Of a DNA stretch of 42,553 nucleotides, positions 18,329 through 26,567 are shown one piece after another. The notes beneath the pieces are model-generated. The model worked only from the letters and a program-made list of their open reading frames with translations. It made no database searches and was not told the DNA's origin. Position 1 is the first letter of the stretch. Each line of letters starts with the position of its first letter. The position numbers and the translations under genes are program-made. Source of the DNA: Verrucomicrobiota bacterium (GTDB lineage: Bacteria > Verrucomicrobiota > Kiritimatiellia > UBA8416); NCBI GenBank assembly GCA_018645275.1, contig JABGOW010000245.1, positions 1 through 42,553 on the forward strand. The letters run 5' to 3'.

Positions 18329-19390
18329 ATGAGCAAAGCATACAACATTGCGGTGATTGGTGGAGATGGTACAGGGCCAGAGGTGGCAGCAGAAGGCGTG
18401 AAAGTATTGAAGGCCGCTGCGGCGAAGTTCGACTTCAAACTGGACTTCACCGATTTCGACTACGGCGGCGATCGCTACATCCGAACGAATGAAGTTCTTC
18501 CGGAAAGTGCTGCAAGTGAGCTTGAGCAATTCGATTCCATCTTTCTTGGTGCCATTGGTCACCCAGATGTGAAGCCAGGGATTCTTGAGAAGGGCATTCT
18601 CCTAAAATTGCGCTTTGAGCTCGATCAGTACATCAACTTGCGTCCCGTGAAGCTGTTCCCTGGAGTCGAGACTCCTGTGATGGGAAAAGGCCCCGAAGAG
18701 ATCGATTACGTCGTTGTACGTGAAAATTCTGGCGGCATCTATACCGGGACCGGTGGATTCTCCATGAAGGGTACAGAGAATGAAGTCGCCGTACAGAGCA
18801 TGGTCTACACCTATCACCAAGTGGCTCGCTGTCTGAAATATGCTTTTGAGTATACCCGCAAGCGAGGCCGCCGCAATACGCTTGGTCTGGTGGGAAAAAC
18901 GAACGTGTTGACCTATGTCTTTGACCTCTGGGAACGCGTGTTCAACGAAATGGGCGAAGCCGACTACAGTGACATCCGGCGTGACTACTACCACGTAGAT
19001 GCAACGTGCATGTGGATGATCAAGAATCCCGAGTGGTTCGATGTTCTCGTAACGGGGAACATGTTCGGTGATATCATCACGGACCTTGGAGCCATGACAC
19101 AGGGCGGCATGGGAATCGCCGCAGGCGGAAACATCAATCCTGAAGGGGTGAGCATGTTTGAGCCTATCGGTGGATCTGCTCCCAAGTACACGGGACAGAA
19201 TGTCATCAATCCGCTCGCGGCTATCTGTGCGGGAGCGATGATGTTGGATGAACTCGGTGAAACTGAGGCTGCTATAGCGATTGAGAAGTGTGTGGCCGAT
19301 GTCACGGCGAACAAGCTGAAGAGCCTTGCGGCCGGCCGCATGGGGTACCGTACAACAGAAGTGGGCGACCTGGTCGCCGAAGGCCTTTGA
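18329..19390 (+). CDS. leuB: 3-isopropylmalate dehydrogenase (actinobacterial/short LeuB type; tartrate/isocitrate dehydrogenase superfamily)
   Basis: The 353-aa ORF contains [67 protein letters not shown]. It is colinear with my memory of mycobacterial LeuB. Confidence 0.85.
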   Translation: MSKAYNIAVIGGDGTGPEVAAEGVKVLKAAAAKFDFKLDFTDFDYGGDRYIRTNEVLPESAASELEQFDSIFLGAIGHPDVKPGILEKGILLKLRFELDQYINLRPVKLFPGVETPVMGKGPEEIDYVVVRENSGGIYTGTGGFSMKGTENEVAVQSMVYTYHQVARCLKYAFEYTRKRGRRNTLGLVGKTNVLTYVFDLWERVFNEMGEADYSDIRRDYYHVDATCMWMIKNPEWFDVLVTGNMFGDIITDLGAMTQGGMGIAAGGNINPEGVSMFEPIGGSAPKYTGQNVINPLAAICAGAMMLDELGETEAAIAIEKCVADVTANKLKSLAAGRMGYRTTEVGDLVAEGL

Positions 19391-19404
19391 TCTAAGGAAA
19401 GACG

Positions 19405-20418
19405 ATGAAGCGATACAAAGTAGGTATTGTCGGTATCGGTGCCGTTGGTACCGAAATGGTGAAGATTCTCAGAGAGCGCGATTTTCCGTGTGATGAGATT
19501 CGCATTATGGCGCGTAGTGAGCGCGATGAAACGGTTGCCGGCGAGACCTTCCATGTTGTTGAGACCAAGCCTGAGTCCTTTGATGGCCTCGACTTCGCAT
19601 TCTTTGCAGGGACCGAGGGATCCAAGGGGGCTTCGCAGCTCTTCGGATGGGAAGCCGTATCCCGTGGTGTTACGGTCATCGACAATGGCGACGATTTCCG
19701 CATGGATGACCGTGTTCCGCTGGTCGTTCCTGAAGTCAATGGCGATGCGCTCAAGGATCACCAGGGCTTCATTGCAAATCCAAACTGTAGCACCATCATT
19801 GCCATGATGGCATTGGGCCCACTGCACAAAGCGGCAGGAATCCGTCGCATTGTTGCTTCCACCTACCAGGCCGTTTCTGGAACGGGACGAAATGCCATCG
19901 TGGAACTCGAGAACCAGCTCAAGCAGTATGTTGCCGGTGAAACGCTGACGAAAGAGGCTTATCCGCATCAGATTCTTCTGAATGTACTTCCCCAGATTGG
20001 CGGCCTGAAAGCAGAGATGCCGGGCTATACCAGCGAGGAAGCCAAGATGCTCTTTGAGGCGCGCAAGATTCTTGGGAACGACGAAATCAAGGTGTCCACA
20101 ACCTGCGTTCGGGTACCGGTCTTTTTTGGCCATTCTGAAGCCATCAATATCGAGTTTGAGCGTCCGGTGACCCCGGAGGAGGCCCGAGAGATTCTGAGTG
20201 CCGCAGACGGCGTTCAGGTGGTCGACAATCCATCTGAGGCAGAGTATCCCCTTCCCCTCGACGTTGCTGGCAAAGATGACTGCCTGGTGGGGCGCATCCG
20301 TCCCGACGACAGCGCAGAGAATGGTCTGGCGCTATTCGTGGCGGGTGACAACATTCGCAAGGGCGCAGCGCTGAACGCGATTCAGATCGCGGAGTACCTG
20401 ATCAAACAGCAAGCATAA
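19405..20418 (+). CDS. asd: Aspartate-semialdehyde dehydrogenase
   Basis: The 337-aa ORF has the Rossmann motif [13 protein letters not shown], the active-site NPNCSTI, and [10 protein letters not shown] plus [13 protein letters not shown]. Confidence 0.95.
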   Translation: MKRYKVGIVGIGAVGTEMVKILRERDFPCDEIRIMARSERDETVAGETFHVVETKPESFDGLDFAFFAGTEGSKGASQLFGWEAVSRGVTVIDNGDDFRMDDRVPLVVPEVNGDALKDHQGFIANPNCSTIIAMMALGPLHKAAGIRRIVASTYQAVSGTGRNAIVELENQLKQYVAGETLTKEAYPHQILLNVLPQIGGLKAEMPGYTSEEAKMLFEARKILGNDEIKVSTTCVRVPVFFGHSEAINIEFERPVTPEEAREILSAADGVQVVDNPSEAEYPLPLDVAGKDDCLVGRIRPDDSAENGLALFVAGDNIRKGAALNAIQIAEYLIKQQA

Positions 20419-20438
20419 GTCTTCAAGACTCTAGAAAT

Positions 20439-20739
20439 GGGGCTCCTCACGGAAGTGTGTAGTTGAGGGCCTGTTATCTTCTATACAGAGACCGATTAAG
20501 CAGGTCGGTTAAGGGTATCCGAGTAAGGGTGGCGCTTAAGAATGCGAGCAAGTGTACGAAAAAGTGTAGGGAAGAGCGAAGCAAACACTTAAACGCACTC
20601 TTCGTCGCGACCTTAACCGACACTCTTACTCGGATACCCTTAACCGAACGGCTTCGTCCGAATCCTCATCGCAGCCGATGTGTGATCGCCAGCAGAACAC
20701 CTATCGAGCTACACACTTCCGTGAAGAGCCCATTTTTTT
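20439..20739 (+). repeat. About 300-nt nested hairpin element (possible structured sRNA, or MITE inside the asd terminator) ending in T7
   Basis: The outer stem ggggctcctcacggaagtgtgtag (20439-20462) pairs with ctacacacttccgtgaagagccc (20709-20731) at 22/23, followed by T7 at 20733-20739. The inner perfect 23-bp inverted repeat is tcggttaagggtatccgagtaag (20505-20527) with cttactcggatacccttaaccga (20626-20648). The unit is homologous to 9131-9194. Confidence 0.8.
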
Positions 20740-20892
20740 GTCTATTGGGAGAGTCCCGGGATGTATGGGCTACCTTCCCACGAGGCTGGCGAAGCCCACG
20801 GAATGTCGGAATCGTCCGTAGTAGCACAACCGATCACTAGGGTGATCGCGGCAAATAGGGCAATAGAAAGCGCAAGTCTCAACGTGACGTCC

Positions 20893-22041
20893 TTACTGTA
20901 TGAAGATCAGGTCGCCCACTTCAATCGGCCCCTGCTGCCAGTCCGAAAGAATATCGCCGATGGCTAGATTCTGGCCCTGCTTGAGTTGGCGGAGACGTAC
21001 CTTGGTAATGAACTGCTCCTCACCACGTTTCACGAGGAGATCAATCAGTGGCAGACGGCCATCTGTCAGCACGCTAAGCAGCTCCTCAATGAAGGCTTGG
21101 TCAAGATTCATCACGACAAAGAGGTGTTCCTGGTCAACGCTTGCAATGTCACCCTTGACACCCGGTCCAATGTCAACGCGCGTTGTCGCGATAGCCCCCG
21201 GAGCGGCACCGATGTTGATGCCCCCGCCACCACCGCGGGATGCGATATCGAGCTTCCCGCGAAGGTCTTGAATGATGCCTGATAGTTCTTCGGCCTTGAT
21301 CTTGAGGCCCTCATTCTCCTCTTCAAGCATCGTCTTTTCCTGCTGAAGGTTGGCGACATCGCCTTCAAGAGAACGGATATTCTCGGTGAGCTCCTCGATC
21401 TGCCTGCGCAGATCAGAGATCGTGTTGTTCAGGGCGGAGATCTGGTTGTTGAGATCAACGATGTGCGCCAATTTCTCGCGCAGGGTTGCCTTGTGGCCAT
21501 TCAGTTCATTGATCGTATCGACGAGCTCGATACGCAGGGTCGTGAGCAGCTGGCGGGTTTCGGTGAGCAAGTCATACTGAGCCTTGGCTCGGTCGAGAAC
21601 ATCATCAATGACGCCTTGAGTGGTGCCGTCGCCCTCTGAGATCCGCAATCCGGAGATGGCATCGCGTGCTGGTTTTGTCGTGACGGGGTCGATCTTATAG
21701 TAGCTCATGAGATCGCGTGTACGCGACTTGAGGTCGACAATATCCTGGTCCAGAGACTCTAATTCGGTCTTATACGTGTTCCAGAATTCCGAGCGAGTCG
21801 GATTATCATTGGGTTCCTCAGTACAGTCTGAAACATCGCGTGCAGGGTAAGATTCAGGCTCTTCGGGAACAGCAGGAGGTTCTGCTTCAAGGGTGCGGGC
21901 TATCTTAATGAGGCCGTTCTCGAGTTTCTGCGTCCGCCCTTTGAGGATCTCGCGCTTCGTGAAAAGCAGACACGCGAGAGTCAGCGAACCGATGGTGAGT
22001 AGTAAGATAAGAACGACGAGTATACGTAAAAACTTGCCCAT
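20893..22041 (-). CDS. Membrane-anchored coiled-coil protein, unknown function
   Basis: The 382-aa ORF has a GGGAGG RBS and an N-terminal TM helix (ILVVLILLLTIGSLTLACLL). It has a long heptad-rich region (LNNQISALNNTISDLRRQIEELTENIRSLEGDVANLQQEKTMLEEENEGLKIKAEEL), a Gly-rich linker, and a C-terminal globular domain of about 90 aa. Confidence 0.7.
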   Translation of the reverse strand: MGKFLRILVVLILLLTIGSLTLACLLFTKREILKGRTQKLENGLIKIARTLEAEPPAVPEEPESYPARDVSDCTEEPNDNPTRSEFWNTYKTELESLDQDIVDLKSRTRDLMSYYKIDPVTTKPARDAISGLRISEGDGTTQGVIDDVLDRAKAQYDLLTETRQLLTTLRIELVDTINELNGHKATLREKLAHIVDLNNQISALNNTISDLRRQIEELTENIRSLEGDVANLQQEKTMLEEENEGLKIKAEELSGIIQDLRGKLDIASRGGGGGINIGAAPGAIATTRVDIGPGVKGDIASVDQEHLFVVMNLDQAFIEELLSVLTDGRLPLIDLLVKRGEEQFITKVRLRQLKQGQNLAIGDILSDWQQGPIEVGDLIFIQ

Positions 22042-22133
22042 TGTGGCCTCCCAGAACCGCTAGACGATAGCTAACAAGTGGAAATCGGTCCGAACTATTA
22101 GTACGTGGACGTTGTCTGAAATCTCTAGGAATG

Positions 22134-23264
22134 TCAATCTATTTGCGGATTAGCCAATCCCGCACTCGTGGAGTCTCCTGAGGCAATTTTGGCAGGGGAC
22201 TCAAGCCCCTTTGCTAGCCCGTCGATCTGCTGGAGCTTGCTCTCGACTTTTCCAAATCGTTTTTCGGCCTCTGCATACTTCTTTACTGAGTTGTCCATAT
22301 GCTGCCCTACGAGCCTGAAAGCTTCACTGAAACGCTCAAACTCCTTGTTGAGACGGGCCAGGTTCTCAATAACCTCGCGTGATCGCTCCTCAATACGCAT
22401 CCCCTGAAGACCAAGAATGATGGTTTGGAGATAGGCATAGAAGCTATTGGGCGAAACGGGAATCACGCGTTTTTCAAGAGCGTAGGTGAAAAGCGACATC
22501 TCACCCCCGAAGGCATCGTCCTTGATGATGGTCTCATAGTAGACGTTCTCAGCTGGAATGTACATGAGCGCGAAATCGAAGGTATTCTCGTCCATTCGGA
22601 TGTATTTCCGGGAAATGGCATCAATATGTCCCTTCACGTCCTTTATGAACGCGCGTTTCGGTGCTTTGCGCGCTTCGGCTGAATCTGCACTGAGGACGCG
22701 ACGAAAGTTCTCGAGGGGAAATTTGGCATCAATGGGAACCATTCCCAAGCGGAGCATAATGACGGCGTCGACGGTTTCTCCGCCTTTGAACCGGTGCTGG
22801 AGTTCGAAATGATTGGGGGGCAGGATCTGGGCAAGCAGATCTGCCAGAAAAAGCTCTCCGAGACCGCCTCGCAGTTTTGGCGGACGCAGGATCATCTCCA
22901 GACTTGAGATGTCCTTTCCTATTTCCAGCATACGCCGGGAGGATTCCTTCAGAAGGCCAAGCTGCTGGCGGACATCGCCAACGACTTGATGCGTATTGTC
23001 CAGGCGCGCGTGAATGGACTTATTTGAGTCTGAGATTGTGCCGGCCACCTGCTGGGACAGGGAACCAATGGCATCACTCACGCTCTTGCGTAGGGCATCC
23101 ATTTGCTGAGCGGACTGCCCAAGTCCGGAGCTAACCTGGTTCTGAAGGAGGGAAAGGGCTGCCTCGTCATGCTTCTTCCCGGAGTTCCTCAAGAGAACCC
23201 AGATCAGAACACCTATGAGGAGGACGACGAGAACGCACAACGTGGTAATGATGATTGCCTGCAT
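22134..23264 (-). CDS. rmuC: DNA recombination protein RmuC
   Basis: The 376-aa ORF has an N-terminal TM helix and a coiled coil. The RmuC core follows: LRGGLGELFLADLLAQILPPNHFELQHRF...VDAVI...VPIDAKFPLENF...ALMYIPAENVYYE. Confidence 0.9.
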   Translation of the reverse strand: MQAIIITTLCVLVVLLIGVLIWVLLRNSGKKHDEAALSLLQNQVSSGLGQSAQQMDALRKSVSDAIGSLSQQVAGTISDSNKSIHARLDNTHQVVGDVRQQLGLLKESSRRMLEIGKDISSLEMILRPPKLRGGLGELFLADLLAQILPPNHFELQHRFKGGETVDAVIMLRLGMVPIDAKFPLENFRRVLSADSAEARKAPKRAFIKDVKGHIDAISRKYIRMDENTFDFALMYIPAENVYYETIIKDDAFGGEMSLFTYALEKRVIPVSPNSFYAYLQTIILGLQGMRIEERSREVIENLARLNKEFERFSEAFRLVGQHMDNSVKKYAEAEKRFGKVESKLQQIDGLAKGLESPAKIASGDSTSAGLANPQID

Positions 23265-23385
23265 ATCGGCAGCAGTGTTAAGTCTCCTCCCCTATGTGTC
23301 AATCGGGAAGAGGTCCTTTGCGCTGTCATGTGAAGCAGGACTGAGATTAGGATTGAACCCAGATAGAGACGGGGAGAGCGTTGTC

Positions 23386-23868
23386 ATGAAGATCATCTCA
23401 GGTGGACAGACGGGCGTAGACCGCGCTGCTCTGGATGTTGCGCTTTCGGGTGGACTGCCAGCAGGGGGATGGTGCCCGAAAGGTCGGCGTGCCGAAGACG
23501 GCATTCTTCCGCGGCACTACCCACTCGAAGAGACCCAAAGCTCGGCGTACGACGAACGCACCGAACAGAATGTCCGAGATTCAGCAGCGACGTTGATCAT
23601 CACCAGAGGTGAGCCCTCAGGCGGAACCGCCTACACCATCGCCATGGCCCAGAAGTGGAACCGTCCATACACCATCGTCGATCTGGACCGCGAAGTCAGC
23701 CTCCCAGATATTCGTGAGTGGCTCTGCCTCCGCCACATTACCATCCTGAATATAGCCGGGCCGCGCGAAAGCACGACGCCCGGCATCTATGCCGCAGCCG
23801 CTGCGCTACTCGCCCGTCTGCTAGGGCCAGAGCAAACCGGCACTGTTGAGGGGGAACCGGGCTCATGA
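23386..23868 (+). CDS. SLOG-superfamily protein of the putative molybdenum-carrier (MoCo-carrier-like) family
   Basis: The start is MKIISGGQTGVDRAALDVALSGGLPAGGWCPKGRRAEDG (ATG at 23386, GGGGAGAG upstream). It then has RTEQNVRDSAATLIIT...GGTAYT. The ORF-track start at 23215 overlaps the rmuC start and is rejected. Confidence 0.75.
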   Translation: MKIISGGQTGVDRAALDVALSGGLPAGGWCPKGRRAEDGILPRHYPLEETQSSAYDERTEQNVRDSAATLIITRGEPSGGTAYTIAMAQKWNRPYTIVDLDREVSLPDIREWLCLRHITILNIAGPRESTTPGIYAAAAALLARLLGPEQTGTVEGEPGS

Positions 23869-24914
23869 TTTCAGTGTACGATCAGGCAAGTCTTGAGGCG
23901 CTGCGCAAGCGAACGGGGATCCAGCCGTTCGACTTGAAGCGCTTTCGTAATGCCCTTTACAAGAAAGCGTTCGAAAAGGAGTCCGCATTGGCTGTCCTGC
24001 CCGAAGCCGCCCGCGCGGCATTCAGCCAGAGCCTCTGTTTTGAGCCGCTAAAACTCTCAGAACGCCATGATTCCGCGGTTGATGGCGCCACGAAGCTCGG
24101 CTTTCACACTCACGATGGGCTCCTGATCGAAAGTGTGATCCTACGGGTGAAGAGCGGGCGAACCGCGCTCTGCGTCTCCTCGCAGGTGGGCTGTGCCTGC
24201 AAGTGCGGCTTCTGTGCGACTGGAGCGCTTGGATTCATCCGCAACCTGACTCGTGACGAGATGCTTGATCAAGTGGCACAGGCCAATCGGTTACTGCAGA
24301 AAGAGGAATGCACGGTTCGAAATATCGTGTTCATGGGAATGGGAGAGCCGCTTCTCAACACAGAGCCGCTTTTTCAGGCACTGGAGCTACTGAGCGCACC
24401 AGCGGGATTCGACTATTCGCAGTCGCGTCTGATGGTGTCAACCGTTGGCATCCCAGCAGGCATGCTGAGCTGTGCAGAGCAGTTTCCGAATGTGCAGCAG
24501 GCGCTCAGTCTACACAGTGCCCGCCAGGCCGTGCGCGAGCGTCTCCTTCCAATCGCGCATCAGTACAGCCTTGAGGCCCTGCAGGACACCATCCGAACCG
24601 TTGGCGCGAATGGCGACGTTATGATCGAGTATCTGATGCTTGAGGGAATCAACGATGGGGAGCAGGATTACGCCGCCCTATGCCGCTACCTGCAAGGCCT
24701 CCCCGTCCACATCAACATTATTCCCTACAATGCATTCGAGGGCAGCTCGTGGCACGGAACCCCTCAATGCGCTCGCGTGGCCTTTGCCAACCGCCTGAAA
24801 TCTGCGGGGTTCAAAGTGACCCAGCGCTACTCGCTCGGACTCGATATTGCCGCTGCATGCGGACAATTGGCCGGCGAACACCTGAATGACATCAAAAGGG
24901 AGAAAGGCGAATGA
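23865..24914 (+). CDS. rlmN: RlmN/Cfr-family radical SAM methyltransferase (23S rRNA/tRNA A-C2 methyltransferase-like)
   Basis: The 349-aa ORF has CVSSQVGCACKCGFCATG (CX3CX2C plus an upstream Cys). It also has NIVFMGMGEPLLN, ALSLHSA, INIIPYN, and GLDIAAACGQL (second catalytic Cys). Its ATG overlaps the upstream stop (ATGA). Confidence 0.8.
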   Translation: MISVYDQASLEALRKRTGIQPFDLKRFRNALYKKAFEKESALAVLPEAARAAFSQSLCFEPLKLSERHDSAVDGATKLGFHTHDGLLIESVILRVKSGRTALCVSSQVGCACKCGFCATGALGFIRNLTRDEMLDQVAQANRLLQKEECTVRNIVFMGMGEPLLNTEPLFQALELLSAPAGFDYSQSRLMVSTVGIPAGMLSCAEQFPNVQQALSLHSARQAVRERLLPIAHQYSLEALQDTIRTVGANGDVMIEYLMLEGINDGEQDYAALCRYLQGLPVHINIIPYNAFEGSSWHGTPQCARVAFANRLKSAGFKVTQRYSLGLDIAAACGQLAGEHLNDIKREKGE

Positions 24915-25141
24915 CCGCAAACGCATGGATCGAACGACTGGGATTGCTCCCCCACCCCGAGGGCGGGTGGTTTCGAAATGCCCTCGCGAGACGAACTCTA
25001 CAACCGCTTCCCTCAACATGGAGAGCTCATTCAGAGGCTAACGTGACGTGGAGCGTCGCACAGCGCTCAGTTGAGGCTCGTTTAGGTGGCTCCCGCCCCC
25101 ATCGGGCTTGCCCCGGTGGAGCGCTGATGTGCGGCTATTGA
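24911..25141 (+). pseudogene. Probable remnant of a DUF985 cupin gene
   Basis: Only the first 23 or so codons (MTANAWIERLGLLPHPEGGWFRN) match the N-terminal LxLxPHPEGGxF signature of DUF985 cupins. The rest is low-complexity and runs into the 25088-25292 repeat. Normal family members are about 150-170 aa. Confidence 0.3.
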
Positions 25142-25292
25142 GAAGCCATGAACAAGAAACGAAGAGCCCGAAAAGGAGCGATAAGAGCGCAGAGCTCCCT
25201 TATCGCTCGCTCCGGGCTCGGAAAGCTACAGTGCCCAGCAATAGCAGAGGATCCAATCATGGCTCCACCGGGGCAAGCCCGGTGGGGGCCGC
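25088..25292. repeat. 205-nt nested palindromic element
   Basis: The arm ggctcccgcccccatcgggcttgccccggtggagc (25088-25122) pairs with gctccaccggggcaagcccggtgggggccgc (25262-25292) at about 27/28 over the core. The inner palindrome is gagcccgaaaaggagcgataag (25164-25185) with cttatcgctcgctccgggctc (25199-25219). Each outer arm also contains a ccggg-gcaa-cccgg hairpin. Confidence 0.8.
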
Positions 25293-25301
25293 GTTGTGGC
25301 A

Positions 25302-25406
25302 GAGATGCCTCGACAAGCTCGGCATGACAGAGAACCTTAGAAAACGGTCATCCTGAGCGAAGTGCCTGCATCCCGGACTTGCTTCGGGGTTGAAGGAAGG
25401 ATCTCC
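25302..25406. repeat. R2-family inverted repeat, degenerate copy with insertion
   Basis: The arm gagatgcctcgacaagctcggcatgac (25302-25328) is paired with gtcatcctgagcgaag...gaaggatctcc (25347-25406). Confidence 0.7.
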
Positions 25407-25529
25407 GGCCATGCCATTCCGCAAGAACAGGAAAATATCCAGGAGCTTTCCTCCTTGAATGTTCGCGGGCGCACCGATACCTTGCTGGCATCGTCTTCTT
25501 GCCACGAATTGCACTGAGAGAGAGGTCAC

Positions 25530-26519
25530 ATGATGCCGGATCTAAAAACCTCCTATATGGGCCTGCCCCTGTCGAATCCCGTCATCGCGGGGAGTTCCAC
25601 CCAGACCATCACTGCCGAGCGTGTAAAGGCTCTTGAAGCAGCCGGCGTTGGGGCCGTGGTTCTCAAGTCAGTCTTCGAAGAACAGATTCGGGCCGACGTC
25701 GCGGACATGGTGGACTCCCTGCAGGAGGATCAGCATGCTGAGGCATATGAGTATCTGCGTGCCGATTACCCCATGCAGATTGGGCCAGAGAAATACCTGG
25801 ATCGCATCCGCGAGATCAAGGCGGCGGTCAACATTCCGGTCATTGCCAGCGTGAACTGCATAGACGCTGACCGCTGGATCATCTTTGCCGGCAAGATCGA
25901 AGCGGCTGGGGCAGATGCCATTGAACTGAATGTCTACGATGTGCCTCAAGACGGAAGCGTTGCTGCAGCAGAGGTTGAACAGCGTCACTTGGATCTTGTG
26001 GCTGCCGTTTCAGAGAAGCTCACCATTCCGGTCTCGGTCAAAATCGGCCCGTATTACTCGTCTATCTCGAATTTTGTCGAGCGTCTCGCAGCCCTGGATA
26101 TCAACGCAATCGTGATGTTCAACCGCTTCTTCCAGCCAGATATCGACACAGATGAAATCGCATTGAAATCTGGCATCAACTTCTCCCGCCCGGATGACAT
26201 TCGTCTGCCTGTGCGTTGGATTGCCATGCTGCGCAACCGCGTTGCTTGTGATCTCTCGCTAACGGGAGGTGTGCATGATGCCGAGGGGGCAATCAAGGGG
26301 TTGCTCGCCGGGGCCAACACGGTACAGATCTGCTCCGTACTCTACAAAGAGGGTCCAGCGCGTGTCGGCGAGATTGTCAAGGGCATCGAGGCGTGGATGG
26401 CTAAGAAGCAGTTCGACACGATCAACGACTTCCGAGGCAAGCTCAGCGAACCTGAGGATGGCGCAAAGAGCGGGTTTGCTCGTGCGCAATACGTGAAGGC
26501 GTTCGTTGGGTTGGAGTAG
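25530..26519 (+). CDS. Dihydroorotate dehydrogenase-like (class 1 DHOD/DHPD family) flavoprotein
   Basis: The 329-aa ORF reads MMPDLKTSYMGLPLSNPVIAGSSTQT...AGVGAVVLKSVFEEQ...GADAIELNVY...VKIGPY...LTGGVHDAEGAIKGLLAGANTVQICS. It is a TIM-barrel DHOD-like protein with an inserted helical segment. Confidence 0.75.
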   Translation: MMPDLKTSYMGLPLSNPVIAGSSTQTITAERVKALEAAGVGAVVLKSVFEEQIRADVADMVDSLQEDQHAEAYEYLRADYPMQIGPEKYLDRIREIKAAVNIPVIASVNCIDADRWIIFAGKIEAAGADAIELNVYDVPQDGSVAAAEVEQRHLDLVAAVSEKLTIPVSVKIGPYYSSISNFVERLAALDINAIVMFNRFFQPDIDTDEIALKSGINFSRPDDIRLPVRWIAMLRNRVACDLSLTGGVHDAEGAIKGLLAGANTVQICSVLYKEGPARVGEIVKGIEAWMAKKQFDTINDFRGKLSEPEDGAKSGFARAQYVKAFVGLE

Positions 26520-26567
26520 CGCTCAGCGACTCCCTGAACGGTTCGAAAGCGATCGCGCTACGCGGCA

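Noticed and set aside
18988-20133. A 381-aa ORF on the minus strand spanning the leuB 3' end and most of asd.
   Set aside because: It lies antisense to two genes with unmistakable family signatures. The translation is low-complexity with no recognisable motifs and no RBS. It is a typical shadow ORF in GC-rich DNA.
20439-20739. Identification of the asd-downstream element as a known housekeeping RNA (tmRNA, RNase P RNA, 6S RNA, SRP RNA).
   Set aside because: It lacks the tRNA-like ends and tag ORF of tmRNA. It lacks the conserved RNase P motifs (GGAAAGUCC / ACAGAAA-type). It lacks the SRP GGAA/AGCA tetraloop domain. It is longer and more perfectly palindromic than 6S RNA. This judgement is from memory only and needs cmscan.
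23215-23385. Upstream extension of the SLOG gene (217-aa version).
   Set aside because: The extension overlaps the rmuC start on the opposite strand and has no family similarity. A GGGGAGAG RBS precedes the internal ATG at 23386, where the conserved MKIISGGQTGVD motif begins.
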